From Nitrosopumilaceae archaeon (lineage in GTDB: Archaea > Thermoproteota > Nitrososphaeria > Nitrososphaerales > Nitrosopumilaceae), in NCBI GenBank assembly GCA_965203465.1, contig CBDBCR010000001.1, positions 192,001 to 256,000 on the forward strand: a stretch of DNA of 64,000 nucleotides, given 5' to 3'. A program made the position numbers and the translations under genes. This document shows, one piece after another, positions 49,250-59,990 of this stretch. The first letter of the stretch is position 1. Every line of letters starts with the position of its first letter. Below the pieces are notes generated by a model, which saw only the letters and a list, made by a program, of their open reading frames with translations, had not been told where the DNA came from and ran no database searches.

Positions 49250-50398
49250 GTGGAGTACCTCGCCATGCTGCCTGGCCCGACCAACGTGCCCAACCGCGTC
49301 ATGCGCGCCATGCTGGCGCCGATGATAAACCACCGCAGCGCCGACTTTGTAGAGCTGTACACCGACGTGGTCGAAAAGACAAAGCGCGTATTCGAGACGC
49401 AGAGCGACGTGGTCGCGCTTTCGGCCTCGGGCACCGGCGCCGTCGAGGCCGGCGTAGTGAACTTGGTAGGCAAGGACGACAAGGTCATAGTGCCAGTCAA
49501 CGGCGAGTTCAGCGGCAGGCTGGCGCAGCTCATCGAGTGGCGCGGCGCGCGCACCGTCCGCATAGAGACGCCGCCGGGGCAGAACGCCACGCTCGACCAG
49601 GTGCGCGAGGCCTTCGACAACAACCCCGACGTAAAGGCGTTCTACGTGGTGCACAACGAGACCTCGACGGGCACGATGGTAAAGTACCTGGACCGCATAA
49701 GCGATCTTACGTCCCGCAACGACGCGTTCTACGTGGTCGATTCGGTCTCGCTGCTCGGCGGGGCCCCGCTCAGGGTGGACAAGTGGGGCGTGGACGTGTG
49801 CATGACCGGCGGCCAGAAGGCGATCGCCGCGCCGCCGGGCGTATCGCCCATATCGGTCAGCCCGCGCGCAAGGAAGCACATGGAGGCAAACCCGCCGCCG
49901 ACGCTTTACTTCAACCTGGCCCGGTACTTCAAGTACTACGACGAGTCGCGCCACACCCCGTTCACGCCGGCGCTGCCCATAATGTACGCGTACCGCGAGG
50001 CGCTCTCCATACTCTTGGAGGAGGGCCTCGAGAACGTCTTTGCGAGGCACAGCGCCTGCTCCGAGGCGCTTTATTCGGGCCTGAGCGGGCTGGGGCTGAC
50101 GCCGTTCGCGCGCGAGGAGGACCGCTCCGTGTCCATCGTGGCGCTAAACTACCTGGCCGGGCTCGACGACAAGGAGTTCCGCGGCACGCTAGCCGAAAAG
50201 TTCAAGGTCCTGGTGGCCGGCGGGTTCGGCGACCTAAAGGGCAAGGTGTTCCGCGTCGGGTGCATGGGAGAGGTGGGCCCGTACCACGTCATGCGCACCG
50301 TCTCTTCGATAGCTTCGACCCTGGCCATGATGGGCCACGCCGCCGACGCGCGGGCCGGCCTGTCGGCCGCGGAAAAGCACCTGTCCCGCCTAACTTAA
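49250..50398 (+). CDS. class V PLP aminotransferase (alanine-glyoxylate/serine-pyruvate family)
   Basis: MLPGPTNVP, SGTGAVEA, HNETSTG, VDSVS, GGQKAIAAPPG. Confidence 0.94.
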   Translation: MEYLAMLPGPTNVPNRVMRAMLAPMINHRSADFVELYTDVVEKTKRVFETQSDVVALSASGTGAVEAGVVNLVGKDDKVIVPVNGEFSGRLAQLIEWRGARTVRIETPPGQNATLDQVREAFDNNPDVKAFYVVHNETSTGTMVKYLDRISDLTSRNDAFYVVDSVSLLGGAPLRVDKWGVDVCMTGGQKAIAAPPGVSPISVSPRARKHMEANPPPTLYFNLARYFKYYDESRHTPFTPALPIMYAYREALSILLEEGLENVFARHSACSEALYSGLSGLGLTPFAREEDRSVSIVALNYLAGLDDKEFRGTLAEKFKVLVAGGFGDLKGKVFRVGCMGEVGPYHVMRTVSSIASTLAMMGHAADARAGLSAAEKHLSRLT

Positions 50399-50425
50399 TA
50401 TTGGGAGATCGGGGCCGCGCGCGCG

Positions 50426-51232
50426 TTGGCTTTTGCAAAGGGCTCGCTCGTCGTCGTCGATTACACGGGGCGCACCAAGGACGGCGAGGTCTTCGACACC
50501 ACGCGCGCCGAGGACGCGGCAAAGGCGGGCCTGCCGTCCGACAAAAAATACGCGCCGATGCTCGTCTCGGTAGGCGCCGGCTGGGTGCTAAAGGGCCTCG
50601 ACGAGGCGCTCGAGGGGGCCGAGCTGGACAAGGAGGTGACCGTGGAGGTGCCGCCGGCCAAGGGGTTCGGCGAAGTCTCGTATTCCAAGATCCGCGTCAT
50701 GCGCTCGCGCAAGCTGGGCGACGAGGAGGAAAAGGCCTCGGTGGGCGACCGCGTCGAGATAGACGGCAAGTCAGGGACCATCAGGCACATGGGCTCGGGC
50801 CGCGTAAAGGTGGACTTTAACCACCGGCACGCCGGCAAGACGCTCGTCTACGACATCCGCGTCCTGCGCGCCGTCGAGACCGACGGGGACAAGGTCGAGG
50901 CGCTGCTCGACAGGCACCTTCCGGACAGGGAGGACCACGCGCACGACGACGGCGTTCTGTCCCTGCACGTCTCGGACTACTACGCGACCCCGGCCGTAAA
51001 GCAGGCGGCCCGCATCGAGATATTCAGGCTGGTCCCGTCGGTGCGCATGATCAAATTCATCGACGCGCACACCAACCCCAACTTCAAGCCCGCCGAGGCG
51101 CCTCCCGCCGAGGGCGCATCCGCCGAAGTGGGCCCCGAGCCGAGGGCCGAGGCGCCCCCCGAGCCGGCCGGATCCGCCGAGGGAAGCCCGGAGCCGGGTG
51201 CCGGGCGCGAAAAGGAACTGGCCCCCGGCTAG
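50426..51232 (+). CDS. FKBP-type peptidyl-prolyl isomerase (long archaeal SlyD type)
   Basis: VDYTGR...VFDTT, VLKGLDEAL, VDFNHRHAGKTL. Confidence 0.93.
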   Translation: MAFAKGSLVVVDYTGRTKDGEVFDTTRAEDAAKAGLPSDKKYAPMLVSVGAGWVLKGLDEALEGAELDKEVTVEVPPAKGFGEVSYSKIRVMRSRKLGDEEEKASVGDRVEIDGKSGTIRHMGSGRVKVDFNHRHAGKTLVYDIRVLRAVETDGDKVEALLDRHLPDREDHAHDDGVLSLHVSDYYATPAVKQAARIEIFRLVPSVRMIKFIDAHTNPNFKPAEAPPAEGASAEVGPEPRAEAPPEPAGSAEGSPEPGAGREKELAPG

Positions 51233-52272
51233 GCCACGCCGGTCTCGGAGGCGAGGCGGGCCGCGCGGGCGCGCGTCATCTTTTTTTCGGCCAGCACGGT
51301 GTGCCTGCCGGGCCGCAGATCCTGCGCGGATTCGAGCGCCTCGATCACCTGCCCGCGCGAGACGCCCACCGATTCGGCCCTCACCGGCGCGCCCACCGCC
51401 GCCAGGGCGCGCGCTATCTTTTTCCAGTCGCGCCCCTGCAGTTTCGCCATCATTATCGCCCCGAGCCCGCACTTTTCGCCGTGCAGGCCGGCGCCCGGCG
51501 CTATCCTGTCGAGCGCGTGCGAGAACAGGTGCTCCGAGCCCGAGCACGGCCTGCTGCTGCCGGCTATGCACGAGGCCACCCCGGCGCTGATTAGCGCCTC
51601 GACGACTATCCTGTGGTCGGGCCCCTCCGCTGAAAAGCGGCGCGCGTTCTCCAGTATCATGTCGGCGCTCATCAGGGCGAGGCTGGCCGAGTACCTGCCG
51701 TAGTACTCGCCGGTCCTGCGGTGGCCCAACTCCCAGTCGCGCACAGCCGTCGTGTTGGCTATCAGGTCGCCGCACCCGCTCGAGAGCAGGCGGGGCGGGG
51801 CCCTCTTGATCACGCCGATGTCGACAAAGACGCCGTGCGGCGCCGAGGCCACCGTCGAGTGCGGCTTGGGGCCGCGCACCGAGACGAACGGGCTGGCTAT
51901 CCCGTCGTGCGAGGCCGCCGTCGGCACGCTCGCGAACGGCAGGCCCAGCTGGTAAGAGACAATCTTGGCCACGTCGACTGACCTGCCCCCGCCGACGCCG
52001 GCCACCATGGCGCAGCCGGTCCCGGAGACGGCCTCCCGCACCGATTCTATCTGGGCCGGCTCGGTGCCCGGCGCCTCGTGCCACGAATATTCTATGGACG
52101 ACTTTTTGAGCGACCGCTCGACTTTTCTGCCGACCGCCTTTCTGACGTGCGCCCCCGAGACGAGCGCCGCGCGGGAGGGCGAGGCGAGCCTGGCGAGGAA
52201 CCCGCCTATCCGGTCCATGTTGCCCTCGCCGACCGATATAAGGCGGGGCAGCTCCATGGTGTGGGGCTTCAA
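51229..52272 (-). CDS. egsA: sn-glycerol-1-phosphate dehydrogenase
   Basis: GVGGGRSVDVAK, PTAASHDGIASP, SSRPCSGSEHLFSHALD, HGEKCG. Confidence 0.96.
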   Translation of the reverse strand: MKPHTMELPRLISVGEGNMDRIGGFLARLASPSRAALVSGAHVRKAVGRKVERSLKKSSIEYSWHEAPGTEPAQIESVREAVSGTGCAMVAGVGGGRSVDVAKIVSYQLGLPFASVPTAASHDGIASPFVSVRGPKPHSTVASAPHGVFVDIGVIKRAPPRLLSSGCGDLIANTTAVRDWELGHRRTGEYYGRYSASLALMSADMILENARRFSAEGPDHRIVVEALISAGVASCIAGSSRPCSGSEHLFSHALDRIAPGAGLHGEKCGLGAIMMAKLQGRDWKKIARALAAVGAPVRAESVGVSRGQVIEALESAQDLRPGRHTVLAEKKMTRARAARLASETGVA

Positions 52273-52438
52273 CGCGGCGCTCCGGCGGCGCTATCTATTT
52301 GAGAGTTGGGCGCCCCTTGCGGGCGCGGGGCCGCCCGGGTTGGCAGTTTCCGGCTCCCGCGCGGCGGCACGATCTTAATAAAAAGCCCGGAAGAAATTAG
52401 GAGTCACAATTTATACATAAGTTCCCCGCATAACGGGC

Positions 52439-52810
52439 ATGCAGAAAGCGCAGCCCACGGCGTTTGCCGACACCATGGAGATCATCATGAACACCCCCAT
52501 AGAGGAGAGCATGAAAAAGGTCAGGTCTGAAGAATACTTTGAGGCCTGGAAAAAAGAAGCAGAGCAAAGCGCCCGCGTGATATTCACCTCGCTCCCGCTG
52601 GAGGGTCCGATCATACCGGACGAGCTGAAAAAAGAGGCCACGGAGCTGGTCTGCAGGCTCTCGTGGAACCATGCCTGCGATTACATGACCGCCGAGGAAA
52701 AGATCGCCGCCTGCCGCGCCAAGCGCAAAGAGATAGACGAGTACGCGTGGGAGCTGGCCAAAAAGGCCGCCGCCGAGCGGTGGAAGCGGATTCTGGCAGC
52801 TTCTAAGTGA
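52439..52810 (+). CDS. hypothetical protein
   Basis: Helical E/K-rich ORF; TTTATA box about 25 nt upstream. Confidence 0.6.
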   Translation: MQKAQPTAFADTMEIIMNTPIEESMKKVRSEEYFEAWKKEAEQSARVIFTSLPLEGPIIPDELKKEATELVCRLSWNHACDYMTAEEKIAACRAKRKEIDEYAWELAKKAAAERWKRILAASK

Positions 52811-53573
52811 AGCGTATCTCTGCTACGTCTTTCAGTGATTCGAGCACGGCGTAATATCGCGCAGAGTCTGGATCTGCGTCGAGTACCCGCCTTTTCACTA
52901 CTATGCGGGCGCCGCCGGGCACGCGGGTGCCGTCGGGCAGCCTGCATTCGGTCTCGCCCGCGAAGGAAAGATACTTTCGGCTGTCGATCCTCTCGTCTGC
53001 GGACGGAACCGACCAGGGCACGGCGGTGTATGCTGCAGGCCGGAGCGCGCCGCGGACTGCGTCGTCCACGGGCACCGTCAAGTATGCGGGGCGATCGCCG
53101 GTGTATTCGTTCGGGCCGAGGCTGAAAAGCTTGCATCCGCTCGGTTCCTTGCCTTCCTCCTTTTTGCTCTCGAACGTCCCTTTCCGGTAGCTGGACAGCT
53201 CCACAAAATCCATCCAGCGGTGCAGCGTCTCGGCTCCGGAGACCTCGCAGGCCAGGGCCGAAGTGAACCAGCGCGCCATGCACTCCATGTAGAGCGTCTT
53301 GCGATACTCGCCCGGATTTACGATTCTGAACCGATCCAGGCATATCGTGTTGGCTCTGTCCCACTCGCGCGCGCGCATCGCGTCCGCGTACGCCCGCGAT
53401 TCCGGGCTACCGCGGCCGAGAATCTCGTATGGATCTGCTATCAGCTTTTTCGCCATTTTGCTTATCCGGTTCGCCGCGTCCAGAAACCCGTCCTTGTCCA
53501 GCAGGGCGAACTCGCGGCGCGCCCGATCCAGCATGCCCGGATCCAGCGGGTGGCCCGGGCATATTTCCTCCAT
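52803..53573 (-). CDS. hypothetical protein (accessory)
   Basis: ATG at 53573 (MEEICPGHP...); natural composition; TTTTAT box upstream. Confidence 0.6.
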   Translation of the reverse strand: MEEICPGHPLDPGMLDRARREFALLDKDGFLDAANRISKMAKKLIADPYEILGRGSPESRAYADAMRAREWDRANTICLDRFRIVNPGEYRKTLYMECMARWFTSALACEVSGAETLHRWMDFVELSSYRKGTFESKKEEGKEPSGCKLFSLGPNEYTGDRPAYLTVPVDDAVRGALRPAAYTAVPWSVPSADERIDSRKYLSFAGETECRLPDGTRVPGGARIVVKRRVLDADPDSARYYAVLESLKDVAEIRFT

Positions 53574-53656
53574 GCCTGCATCCGACAAGTTTGGGATAAA
53601 AATGCACCGTAATGTGCGGTACCACGCTCGGCCCGCGGCGAGGGGCGCCCCCGGCT

Positions 53657-53712
53657 TTCGGCAATTCTGCGATCCGTGCCTGAGCGGGGCCGCTTTCGGC
53701 CGATCCGGCCAC
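53657..53712 (+). repeat. dispersed ~56-bp repeat, copy 2
   Basis: Matches 19278-19334 with few differences. Confidence 0.85.
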
Positions 53713-53807
53713 TGAAGGCGCGAAGATGCCAACCGCCGAGCAGAGCCGCCCCTCGCAAGTTATTTAACGGGGCCCGCCCGGGCGAGGGCACCTTTCAGGT
53801 GTGACAT

Positions 53808-54437
53808 TTGTCTAGCGTACAGGAAAAGATACTGCATGGAACCACCACGGTGGGGATAAGGGCCTCGGACGGCGTGGTGCTCTGCGCCGACATGCGCGCC
53901 AGCGCCGGCTACTTTATCGCCAACAACAACACGATGAAGATCCAGAGGCTGGACGCGCACGCGGGCCTGACGCTCGCCGGCGGCGTGGCCGACGCGCAGA
54001 ACATCACCGAGACGCTGCGCTACCACGCCAGCATGTACCGCGTGCGCCGGCACGGGCCGATCCCGATAAGGTCGCTGACCCGGCTGACCTCGCTCATGTT
54101 CCACCAGAACCGCGGGTACCCGTTCATCGCGGACATACTCGTGGGCGGCTTCGACCTGGACGGCCCGGCGCTGTTCAACATCGACATGTTCGGCTCCGTC
54201 GAGCAAAAGCCGTACGTCACGACGGGCAGCGGATCGCCGGTGGCCTACGGGGTGCTCGAGGACGCCTACTCTGCGGAGCTCTCCGTCGGGGACGCCAAGA
54301 AACTGGCCCTAAAGGCCGTAAAGGCGGCCATCGTCCGCAACATAGGCACCGGGGACGGCATCAACGTCGCGGTGATAGACGGCGACGGCTTCCGCCTGCT
54401 CGAGGGCGAGCGGAAAAAGGCCGTCATTGAGTTATAG
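53808..54437 (+). CDS. psmB: proteasome beta subunit
   Basis: Propeptide then HG|TTTVGI; TGSGSPVAYG. Confidence 0.97.
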   Translation: MSSVQEKILHGTTTVGIRASDGVVLCADMRASAGYFIANNNTMKIQRLDAHAGLTLAGGVADAQNITETLRYHASMYRVRRHGPIPIRSLTRLTSLMFHQNRGYPFIADILVGGFDLDGPALFNIDMFGSVEQKPYVTTGSGSPVAYGVLEDAYSAELSVGDAKKLALKAVKAAIVRNIGTGDGINVAVIDGDGFRLLEGERKKAVIEL

Positions 54438-54440
54438 ATC

Positions 54441-56366
54441 ATGCAACGCAAGCCGCGCAAAGAGACGCCCAACATAATGAAGACCATACTGGCCAGCATG
54501 CCGCCCGAATCCGGCTTCACCACCGTCGAGTACGAGGGCCCGCGCATCGCGCTGTACACAAAGTCGCCGCGCTACCTCATGGAGCACAATGAGGTCATAT
54601 CCGGCCTGGCCAACTCCATACGCAAGAGGATAGTGCTGAGGACCGACAAGTCGGTGCGCAAGCCCGAGGAGCAGGTGCGCAAGACCATGTCGGCCGCGGT
54701 GCCCGAAAAGGCGGGCCTGCAGAGCATGTTCTTCGACGCCTCGACGGGCGAGGTCTCCATAGAGGCAAAGAGGCCGTGGCTGCTACAGCGCAAGTCGCCC
54801 GGGTTCAGCCACACCGACCTCGCCGAGCAGACCGGCTGGATGATACGCATCCGCAAGGCGCCCACCATACAGTCCAGTACAATCCAGTCCATAAACTACA
54901 ACCGCAAGGTCTCGGCCGCCGAGAGGGCAAAGCAGCTGAAGCAGATGGGCGACGACATATTCAGGCCGCGCATGTCTCCCCGTACCGAGGTGGTGCTCCA
55001 CTCGCTGGGCGGGTTCGGCCAGGTGGGCCGCTCGTGCATGCTGCTCTCCACGCCGGAAAGCAAGATACTGCTGGACTGCGGGGTCAACCCGGGCGCCTCG
55101 CACCCGTCCGACGCGTTCCCGCGCCTCGACTCGGTCAACCTCACGCTGGAGGATCTCGACGCGGTGGTGATAGGGCACGCGCACCTGGATCACACCGGGT
55201 TCCTGCCGGTACTGTGCAAGTACGGGTACCGCGGCCCCATATACTGCACCGAGCCGACGCTGCCCATGATGAACCTCATACAGCTGGACGCCATCAAGGT
55301 CTCGGCCGCGCAGGGGCGCGCGCCCCTCTACGCCGAGCGCGACGTAAAGCAGATAATGCGGCAGGCGGTCACCATCCCGTACTCGACGGTCACGGACATC
55401 TCGCCGGACGTAAAGCTGGATCTGGCCAACGCCGGCCACATACTCGGCTCGGCGCTGTGCCACTTCCACATCGGAAACGGCGACCACAACTTCGTGTACT
55501 CGGGGGACATAAAGTTCGGCAAGAGCATACTCTTCGAGTCGGCCAGCCACCGCTTCCAGAGGGTCGAGACGCTCCTCATAGAGAGCACCTACGGCGCAAA
55601 GGAGGACATACAGCCGAGCAGGCAGGAGGTCGAGTCGGCCTTTGTAAAGGCGGTCAACGAGACGCTGGCCGACGGCGGCAAGGTCCTCATACCGATACCG
55701 GCCGTCGGGCGCGCCCAGGAGATAATGATGGTCATAGACCACTACATGAAGTCGGGCCAGATGACCGAGGCGCCCGTCTTCACCGAGGGCATGATATCGG
55801 AGGCCTCCGCCATACACGAATCCTACCCCGAGTACCTGGAGCGCGGCCTCGGCCGCAAGATAATGGAGACCGACGACAACCCGTTCGATTCGGAGTACTT
55901 TACCAACATCGAGCACTCGGACGCGCGCTCCGAGCCTATGCGCGAGGGCTCGCCGTGCATCGTGCTGGCCACCTCCGGCATGCTCGAGGGCGGGCCTGTC
56001 CTGGAATACTTTAGGAACATGGCGCCCGACCGCGGCAACAAGATACTGTTCGTCTCCTACCAGGTCAACGGGACGATGGGCAGGCGCGTGATGGACGGCG
56101 CCCGGCAGGTGTCCATGCTGGGCCGCGACGGCAAGGTGGACGTGGTCAGCATAAACTGCAGCGTCGAGAGGCTCGAGGGGTTCAGCGGGCACAGCGACTA
56201 CAACCAGCTGGTCTCGTTCGTGCAGCGCCTGCGCCCAAAGCTGCGCCGCATACTGGTCAACCACGGCGAGAGGCGCAAGTCCGAGAATTTGGCCTCGGCG
56301 CTGCGCCGCATGTACCGGATACCGTCGCACAACCCGCAGGTGCAGGAAGCCGTGAAGCTATTTTAG
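54441..56366 (+). CDS. fttA: beta-CASP ribonuclease aCPSF1 (transcription termination factor)
   Basis: N-terminal KH domains; HAHLDH, AGHILGS, FSGHSD, NHGE; adjacent to psmB. Confidence 0.95.
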   Translation: MQRKPRKETPNIMKTILASMPPESGFTTVEYEGPRIALYTKSPRYLMEHNEVISGLANSIRKRIVLRTDKSVRKPEEQVRKTMSAAVPEKAGLQSMFFDASTGEVSIEAKRPWLLQRKSPGFSHTDLAEQTGWMIRIRKAPTIQSSTIQSINYNRKVSAAERAKQLKQMGDDIFRPRMSPRTEVVLHSLGGFGQVGRSCMLLSTPESKILLDCGVNPGASHPSDAFPRLDSVNLTLEDLDAVVIGHAHLDHTGFLPVLCKYGYRGPIYCTEPTLPMMNLIQLDAIKVSAAQGRAPLYAERDVKQIMRQAVTIPYSTVTDISPDVKLDLANAGHILGSALCHFHIGNGDHNFVYSGDIKFGKSILFESASHRFQRVETLLIESTYGAKEDIQPSRQEVESAFVKAVNETLADGGKVLIPIPAVGRAQEIMMVIDHYMKSGQMTEAPVFTEGMISEASAIHESYPEYLERGLGRKIMETDDNPFDSEYFTNIEHSDARSEPMREGSPCIVLATSGMLEGGPVLEYFRNMAPDRGNKILFVSYQVNGTMGRRVMDGARQVSMLGRDGKVDVVSINCSVERLEGFSGHSDYNQLVSFVQRLRPKLRRILVNHGERRKSENLASALRRMYRIPSHNPQVQEAVKLF

Positions 56367-56636
56367 GTCGTAGTCGGGCTTCCATATCTTGACGTCGGCC
56401 GGGGTTATGATGACGCGCTCCTCGCCGAGCCGGGCCACCTCGGAGCCGGCGTCCTTTGCCGATTCGTAGACCTGCTCTATGAGCTTGCGCAGCTGCTCGA
56501 CGTCCTTTTGGGCCAGCGGCGTGACGCGCAGTATCAGTATCATCTTCTTCTTGATGTCCTCGTTGATCCCGTGTATGTCGCTCGGATCCCTCAGGGTGAT
56601 GGCCTTTAGGTACGTCGGGCTCGACTGCTTCTGCAC
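56358..56636 (-). CDS. sepF: cell division protein SepF
   Basis: ILILRVTPL...VARLGEERVIITPADVKIW. Confidence 0.85.
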   Translation of the reverse strand: MQKQSSPTYLKAITLRDPSDIHGINEDIKKKMILILRVTPLAQKDVEQLRKLIEQVYESAKDAGSEVARLGEERVIITPADVKIWKPDYDLK

Positions 56637-56685
56637 GCCCCCCCGCGCACCCCCTCCCTCAAAAACTCTTCTTTGGATTCCGTGC

Positions 56686-57672
56686 CTAGAGTACGCGCAG
56701 GGGCCCGTACTCGGCCTCGGTGGCCGGCTCGTGCTCGGCCTCGCCCTCCTGCGCCCCCCAAGCCCGGACGCGCGCGGGGCCCGGCGCGTCCGAGTACCTG
56801 ACGGTTATGGACGCGGCCAGCGCGGCGTGCCCGGCGCCTCCCCTGACCAGAGTGGTGGGACCCATGTGGCCGACCACCTCGAGCAGGGTGTCTGCGGGCA
56901 GCGCGAGGGACCTCATCGCCAAGTTCTCGTCGCGGTTGCGCCCGACTATGATCTTTGTGTTCTCGTCGGGCCTGAAGTGCCTGCCTATCTTTAGCAGCTC
57001 TACGTCGTTGATGGTCGGCGTCTCGGTGTGCGAAAACAGGTCGGCCGCCTTCCTGCCGAACGAGGGGTCGGTCAGCAGGCAGCCGCCGCCGGCGTTGGGA
57101 GGATCCTCGATGCCGTACTCTTTGGCCATCCTCAGCTGGCCCGATCTGGTGCGGCCGCGTATCATGCCCAGGTCTTCCCTCTTGATCAGGCCCTCTTTTT
57201 CGGGGCCGGTGGCCGGCAGCAGCCTCCCCGAGAGGGGCCGCACTATCCTGCCCTCGAGGCCGGATTCGCCCTCGATGGTCCGCAGGGCCTTTGCGTGCTG
57301 GCTCATGGGGCGCTGGCCGAGCACCTCGCCGGATATGGCGAACTCGGCGCCGATCTCGGCCATGTGCTCCTTGGCGGCCTTGAACATCATGGCCCTGCAG
57401 TCCACGCACGGGTTGAAGCCGGCGCCCCTGCCGTACTTTGGGCTCTTTAGCATCTTGATGTACTCGTCGCCAAGGTACACCGTCTTTAGGTCCACGCCCA
57501 GATCGTCGGCCCTCTGGCGTATCTCGAAGCCGCAGCCGCGCCCGCAGTCAAAGTCGCAGAACGGCGTCTTTATGGCGACGGCCGAGACCTCGAAGCCCTG
57601 CTTTTGCATCATCCTGACGGCCAGCTGGCTGTCCAGGCCGCCGGAGAGCAGGGCCACCACCTTCTTTGCCAC
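56686..57672 (-). CDS. PP-loop tRNA thiouridylase-like protein (ThiI/MnmA-like, DUF814-associated)
   Basis: LLSGGLDS, NPCVDCR, GEVLGQRPMSQ, AGGGCLLTDP, GRHFR...IVGRN. Confidence 0.85.
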   Translation of the reverse strand: MAKKVVALLSGGLDSQLAVRMMQKQGFEVSAVAIKTPFCDFDCGRGCGFEIRQRADDLGVDLKTVYLGDEYIKMLKSPKYGRGAGFNPCVDCRAMMFKAAKEHMAEIGAEFAISGEVLGQRPMSQHAKALRTIEGESGLEGRIVRPLSGRLLPATGPEKEGLIKREDLGMIRGRTRSGQLRMAKEYGIEDPPNAGGGCLLTDPSFGRKAADLFSHTETPTINDVELLKIGRHFRPDENTKIIVGRNRDENLAMRSLALPADTLLEVVGHMGPTTLVRGGAGHAALAASITVRYSDAPGPARVRAWGAQEGEAEHEPATEAEYGPLRVL

Positions 57673-57744
57673 GCGGCGGCCGGCCGGGGCCACTATACAA
57701 AAGTAGCGCAAAGAAACAAAAGCCCGGCGGCGGCCGGCCCCGCC

Positions 57745-58803
57745 GTGGAGCCCCGCCGCAAAAAGCTGCTAAAGCTGGCCAAAAAGGCCGGCTGCGACGC
57801 GCTGGCAGCCTTCGAGCCGGAGAACGTCTTTTACATGACCGGGTTCTGGGGGGACGGCTCGGCGGTCCTGGAAAAGGGCGGGCGGGCCACGGTGGTCGCC
57901 TCGCCCCTCGAGGCCGGCAGGGCCCGCCAGGAGGCGCCCGAATGCCGCATAGTGGAGTCGTCGAACGTGCTCTCCGAGACTATATCCTGCCTGCGCGGCA
58001 GGCGGCCGTGCACCGACGCGCGCGACCACCAGACCGTCTCGGCGCTGCGCCGCAAGATGCCCGGGATACTGGCCGATCCGGGGCCGTTTTTCGGCGCGCG
58101 CATGGTAAAGGACGACAGGGAGATGTCGGTGCTCCGGCGCGCCTCGCGCCTGATAGACGAGATGTTCGAGCTGTGCGCCTCAAAGATGCGCGAGGGCATG
58201 CGGGAGTCGGAGCTGCAGGCGCTGCTCATGTCGCACGCGGTGCAGAAGCAGCTGTTCGATACGGGGTACAGGCACACGCTCAACCCGCTCATCGTGGCCG
58301 GCGGGCCCAACGGGGCGCTGCCGCACGCGCAGGTGTCGGCAAGAAGGTTCAGGCGGCGCGACCTGGTCGTGGTCGACATAACGCTGCGCTACCAGGGCTA
58401 CGTCTCTGACGCGACGCGCACGTTCTCGATCGGGCAGCCGACAAGGAGGGCTCGCGAGGCCTACGATGTGGTGCGCGAGGCGCAGGTGCTCGGCCTGCAC
58501 GCCGCGCGCAAGGGGGCGCGGTGCAGCGAGGTCGATTCTGCGTGCCGGCGGCACATCGCCTCGCGGGGGATGGAAAAGCTGTTCGTGCACTCGACGGGCC
58601 ACGGCGTCGGCCTCGAGGTGCACGAGCAGCCGTCGATATCTGCGCGCAGCGCGGCAAAGCTGAAGGAGGGCATGGCCATCACCGTGGAGCCGGGCGTGTA
58701 CGCGCCGCGCAAGTTCGGCGTGCGCATCGAGGATTCGGTGCTGGTGCGCGACGGGCCGCCCTCGGTCATGCACAAGTTCACCAAGGACTTGGTGACCGTG
58801 TAG
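57745..58803 (+). CDS. Xaa-Pro aminopeptidase (M24 family)
   Basis: ALPHA, YVSDATRT, HSTGHGVGLEVHE, TVEPGVY, GVRIED. Confidence 0.95.
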   Translation: MEPRRKKLLKLAKKAGCDALAAFEPENVFYMTGFWGDGSAVLEKGGRATVVASPLEAGRARQEAPECRIVESSNVLSETISCLRGRRPCTDARDHQTVSALRRKMPGILADPGPFFGARMVKDDREMSVLRRASRLIDEMFELCASKMREGMRESELQALLMSHAVQKQLFDTGYRHTLNPLIVAGGPNGALPHAQVSARRFRRRDLVVVDITLRYQGYVSDATRTFSIGQPTRRAREAYDVVREAQVLGLHAARKGARCSEVDSACRRHIASRGMEKLFVHSTGHGVGLEVHEQPSISARSAAKLKEGMAITVEPGVYAPRKFGVRIEDSVLVRDGPPSVMHKFTKDLVTV

Positions 58804-59219
58804 GTTCGGGGCAGCTTTGCAGGCCTTTCAGGCGGGATGCGCCGTCAAGCGGCGCGGCCGCGCTGAGAAAACGGGATATCCGTACCCACATCTGCCCAAG
58901 GGATTCGAGTACGGCCTCGTGATCCGGCCCGCGCCCCCGGCAAAAACCATCCGTGCGGCGATCCGCTGCGCGCCGGCTGCGCAAGCGCCCGCTAGACTGA
59001 ACTTTGCGGCGGGAGTTTTGGATTCCAGCTATCGCTGCAGTTGCCGCACATTCTGCATACTCGCGCACCCGTCTGCTATCGTCTTCGGACAAGCTGACCG
59101 AAATGCCGCCGAACGCTCCGGGGCCATTATGACGCGCGACGGGACTGAACGGCGCGGTACCGTTTGAGCCAAAAAGATTGATATGGAAACTGCAGCCGCA
59201 GAGGCGTGCGAGCTAACCA

Positions 59220-59438
59220 ATGTCTGACATCAAGAAAGCGCCGGCAGTAGCCTTGGCGCTGGCAGAATATGCCCGGGATCGCGCGGACGAAGGCGGCGTC
59301 ACTCGGCTCGATCTCAAGCAATACGTGCTGAGCTGGATAGCAGGACTTGGAATGCGCATCTCCACATCCGAGATAGTCCAGCGCATGATAGACGGCGGCA
59401 TGTTGGTAAAGAGCGGCATGCTGGGAGACGATGTCTAG
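59220..59438 (+). CDS. small hypothetical protein (winged-helix-like)
   Basis: 72-aa ORF; TSEIVQRMIDGGML. Confidence 0.4.
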   Translation: MSDIKKAPAVALALAEYARDRADEGGVTRLDLKQYVLSWIAGLGMRISTSEIVQRMIDGGMLVKSGMLGDDV

Positions 59439-59567
59439 TATCTTCCGGCAGAAAACTACCGCGAGATCGCCGCGCGCAAACCGCCTTGGCAGCCCGGCGA
59501 CATTTAGACGCCTGAAACAGGATCGCGCCGCTTTATCGAAAGCGGCAGATTGGAACGCACGGTGCGC

Positions 59568-59894
59568 CTACGGCGCGAGCGTCCCTACAGCCTGAACTTT
59601 ATTCCTCGAGGCGGGGGTCTGGGCTTCCAGCTCCCGTCGCCGTTGCTGCACCTCTCCGTACTCTATCATGTAACCGTCGACCATTTGTTTGCCCTCTTTT
59701 GGCAGCTGCTCGTACGGAAAGCCGTACCTGCACAGGCCGGTCAGCGTCGCCGGCGTAAAGTACTCGTTTTCGCAATAAGGCGCGAACGTGTTCTTTAGCC
59801 GCGACGGCGGCTTTTCCGTACTGTCGATTGCGTCGATCTCGTCCACGGCGCCCGTCTCTTGCGTTCGTGTAATACACCGATCTTGAACTTTCAA
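59568..59894 (-). CDS. hypothetical protein
   Basis: 108-aa ORF with natural composition in an accessory-looking stretch. Confidence 0.4.
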   Translation of the reverse strand: MKVQDRCITRTQETGAVDEIDAIDSTEKPPSRLKNTFAPYCENEYFTPATLTGLCRYGFPYEQLPKEGKQMVDGYMIEYGEVQQRRRELEAQTPASRNKVQAVGTLAP

Positions 59895-59990
59895 ACCTAG
59901 CCGGCACGCGCGCCCGATCTAAAGCCGGGCCGTCGGCGCCGCGCGCGGCCAAGCGCCATGTCCTGGGTTCAGGATCAGTTCATCCAGAGG

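Noticed and set aside
51090-51232. Low-complexity Pro/Glu/Ala repeats
   Set aside because: This is the disordered C-terminal tail of the FKBP protein, not a DNA repeat element.
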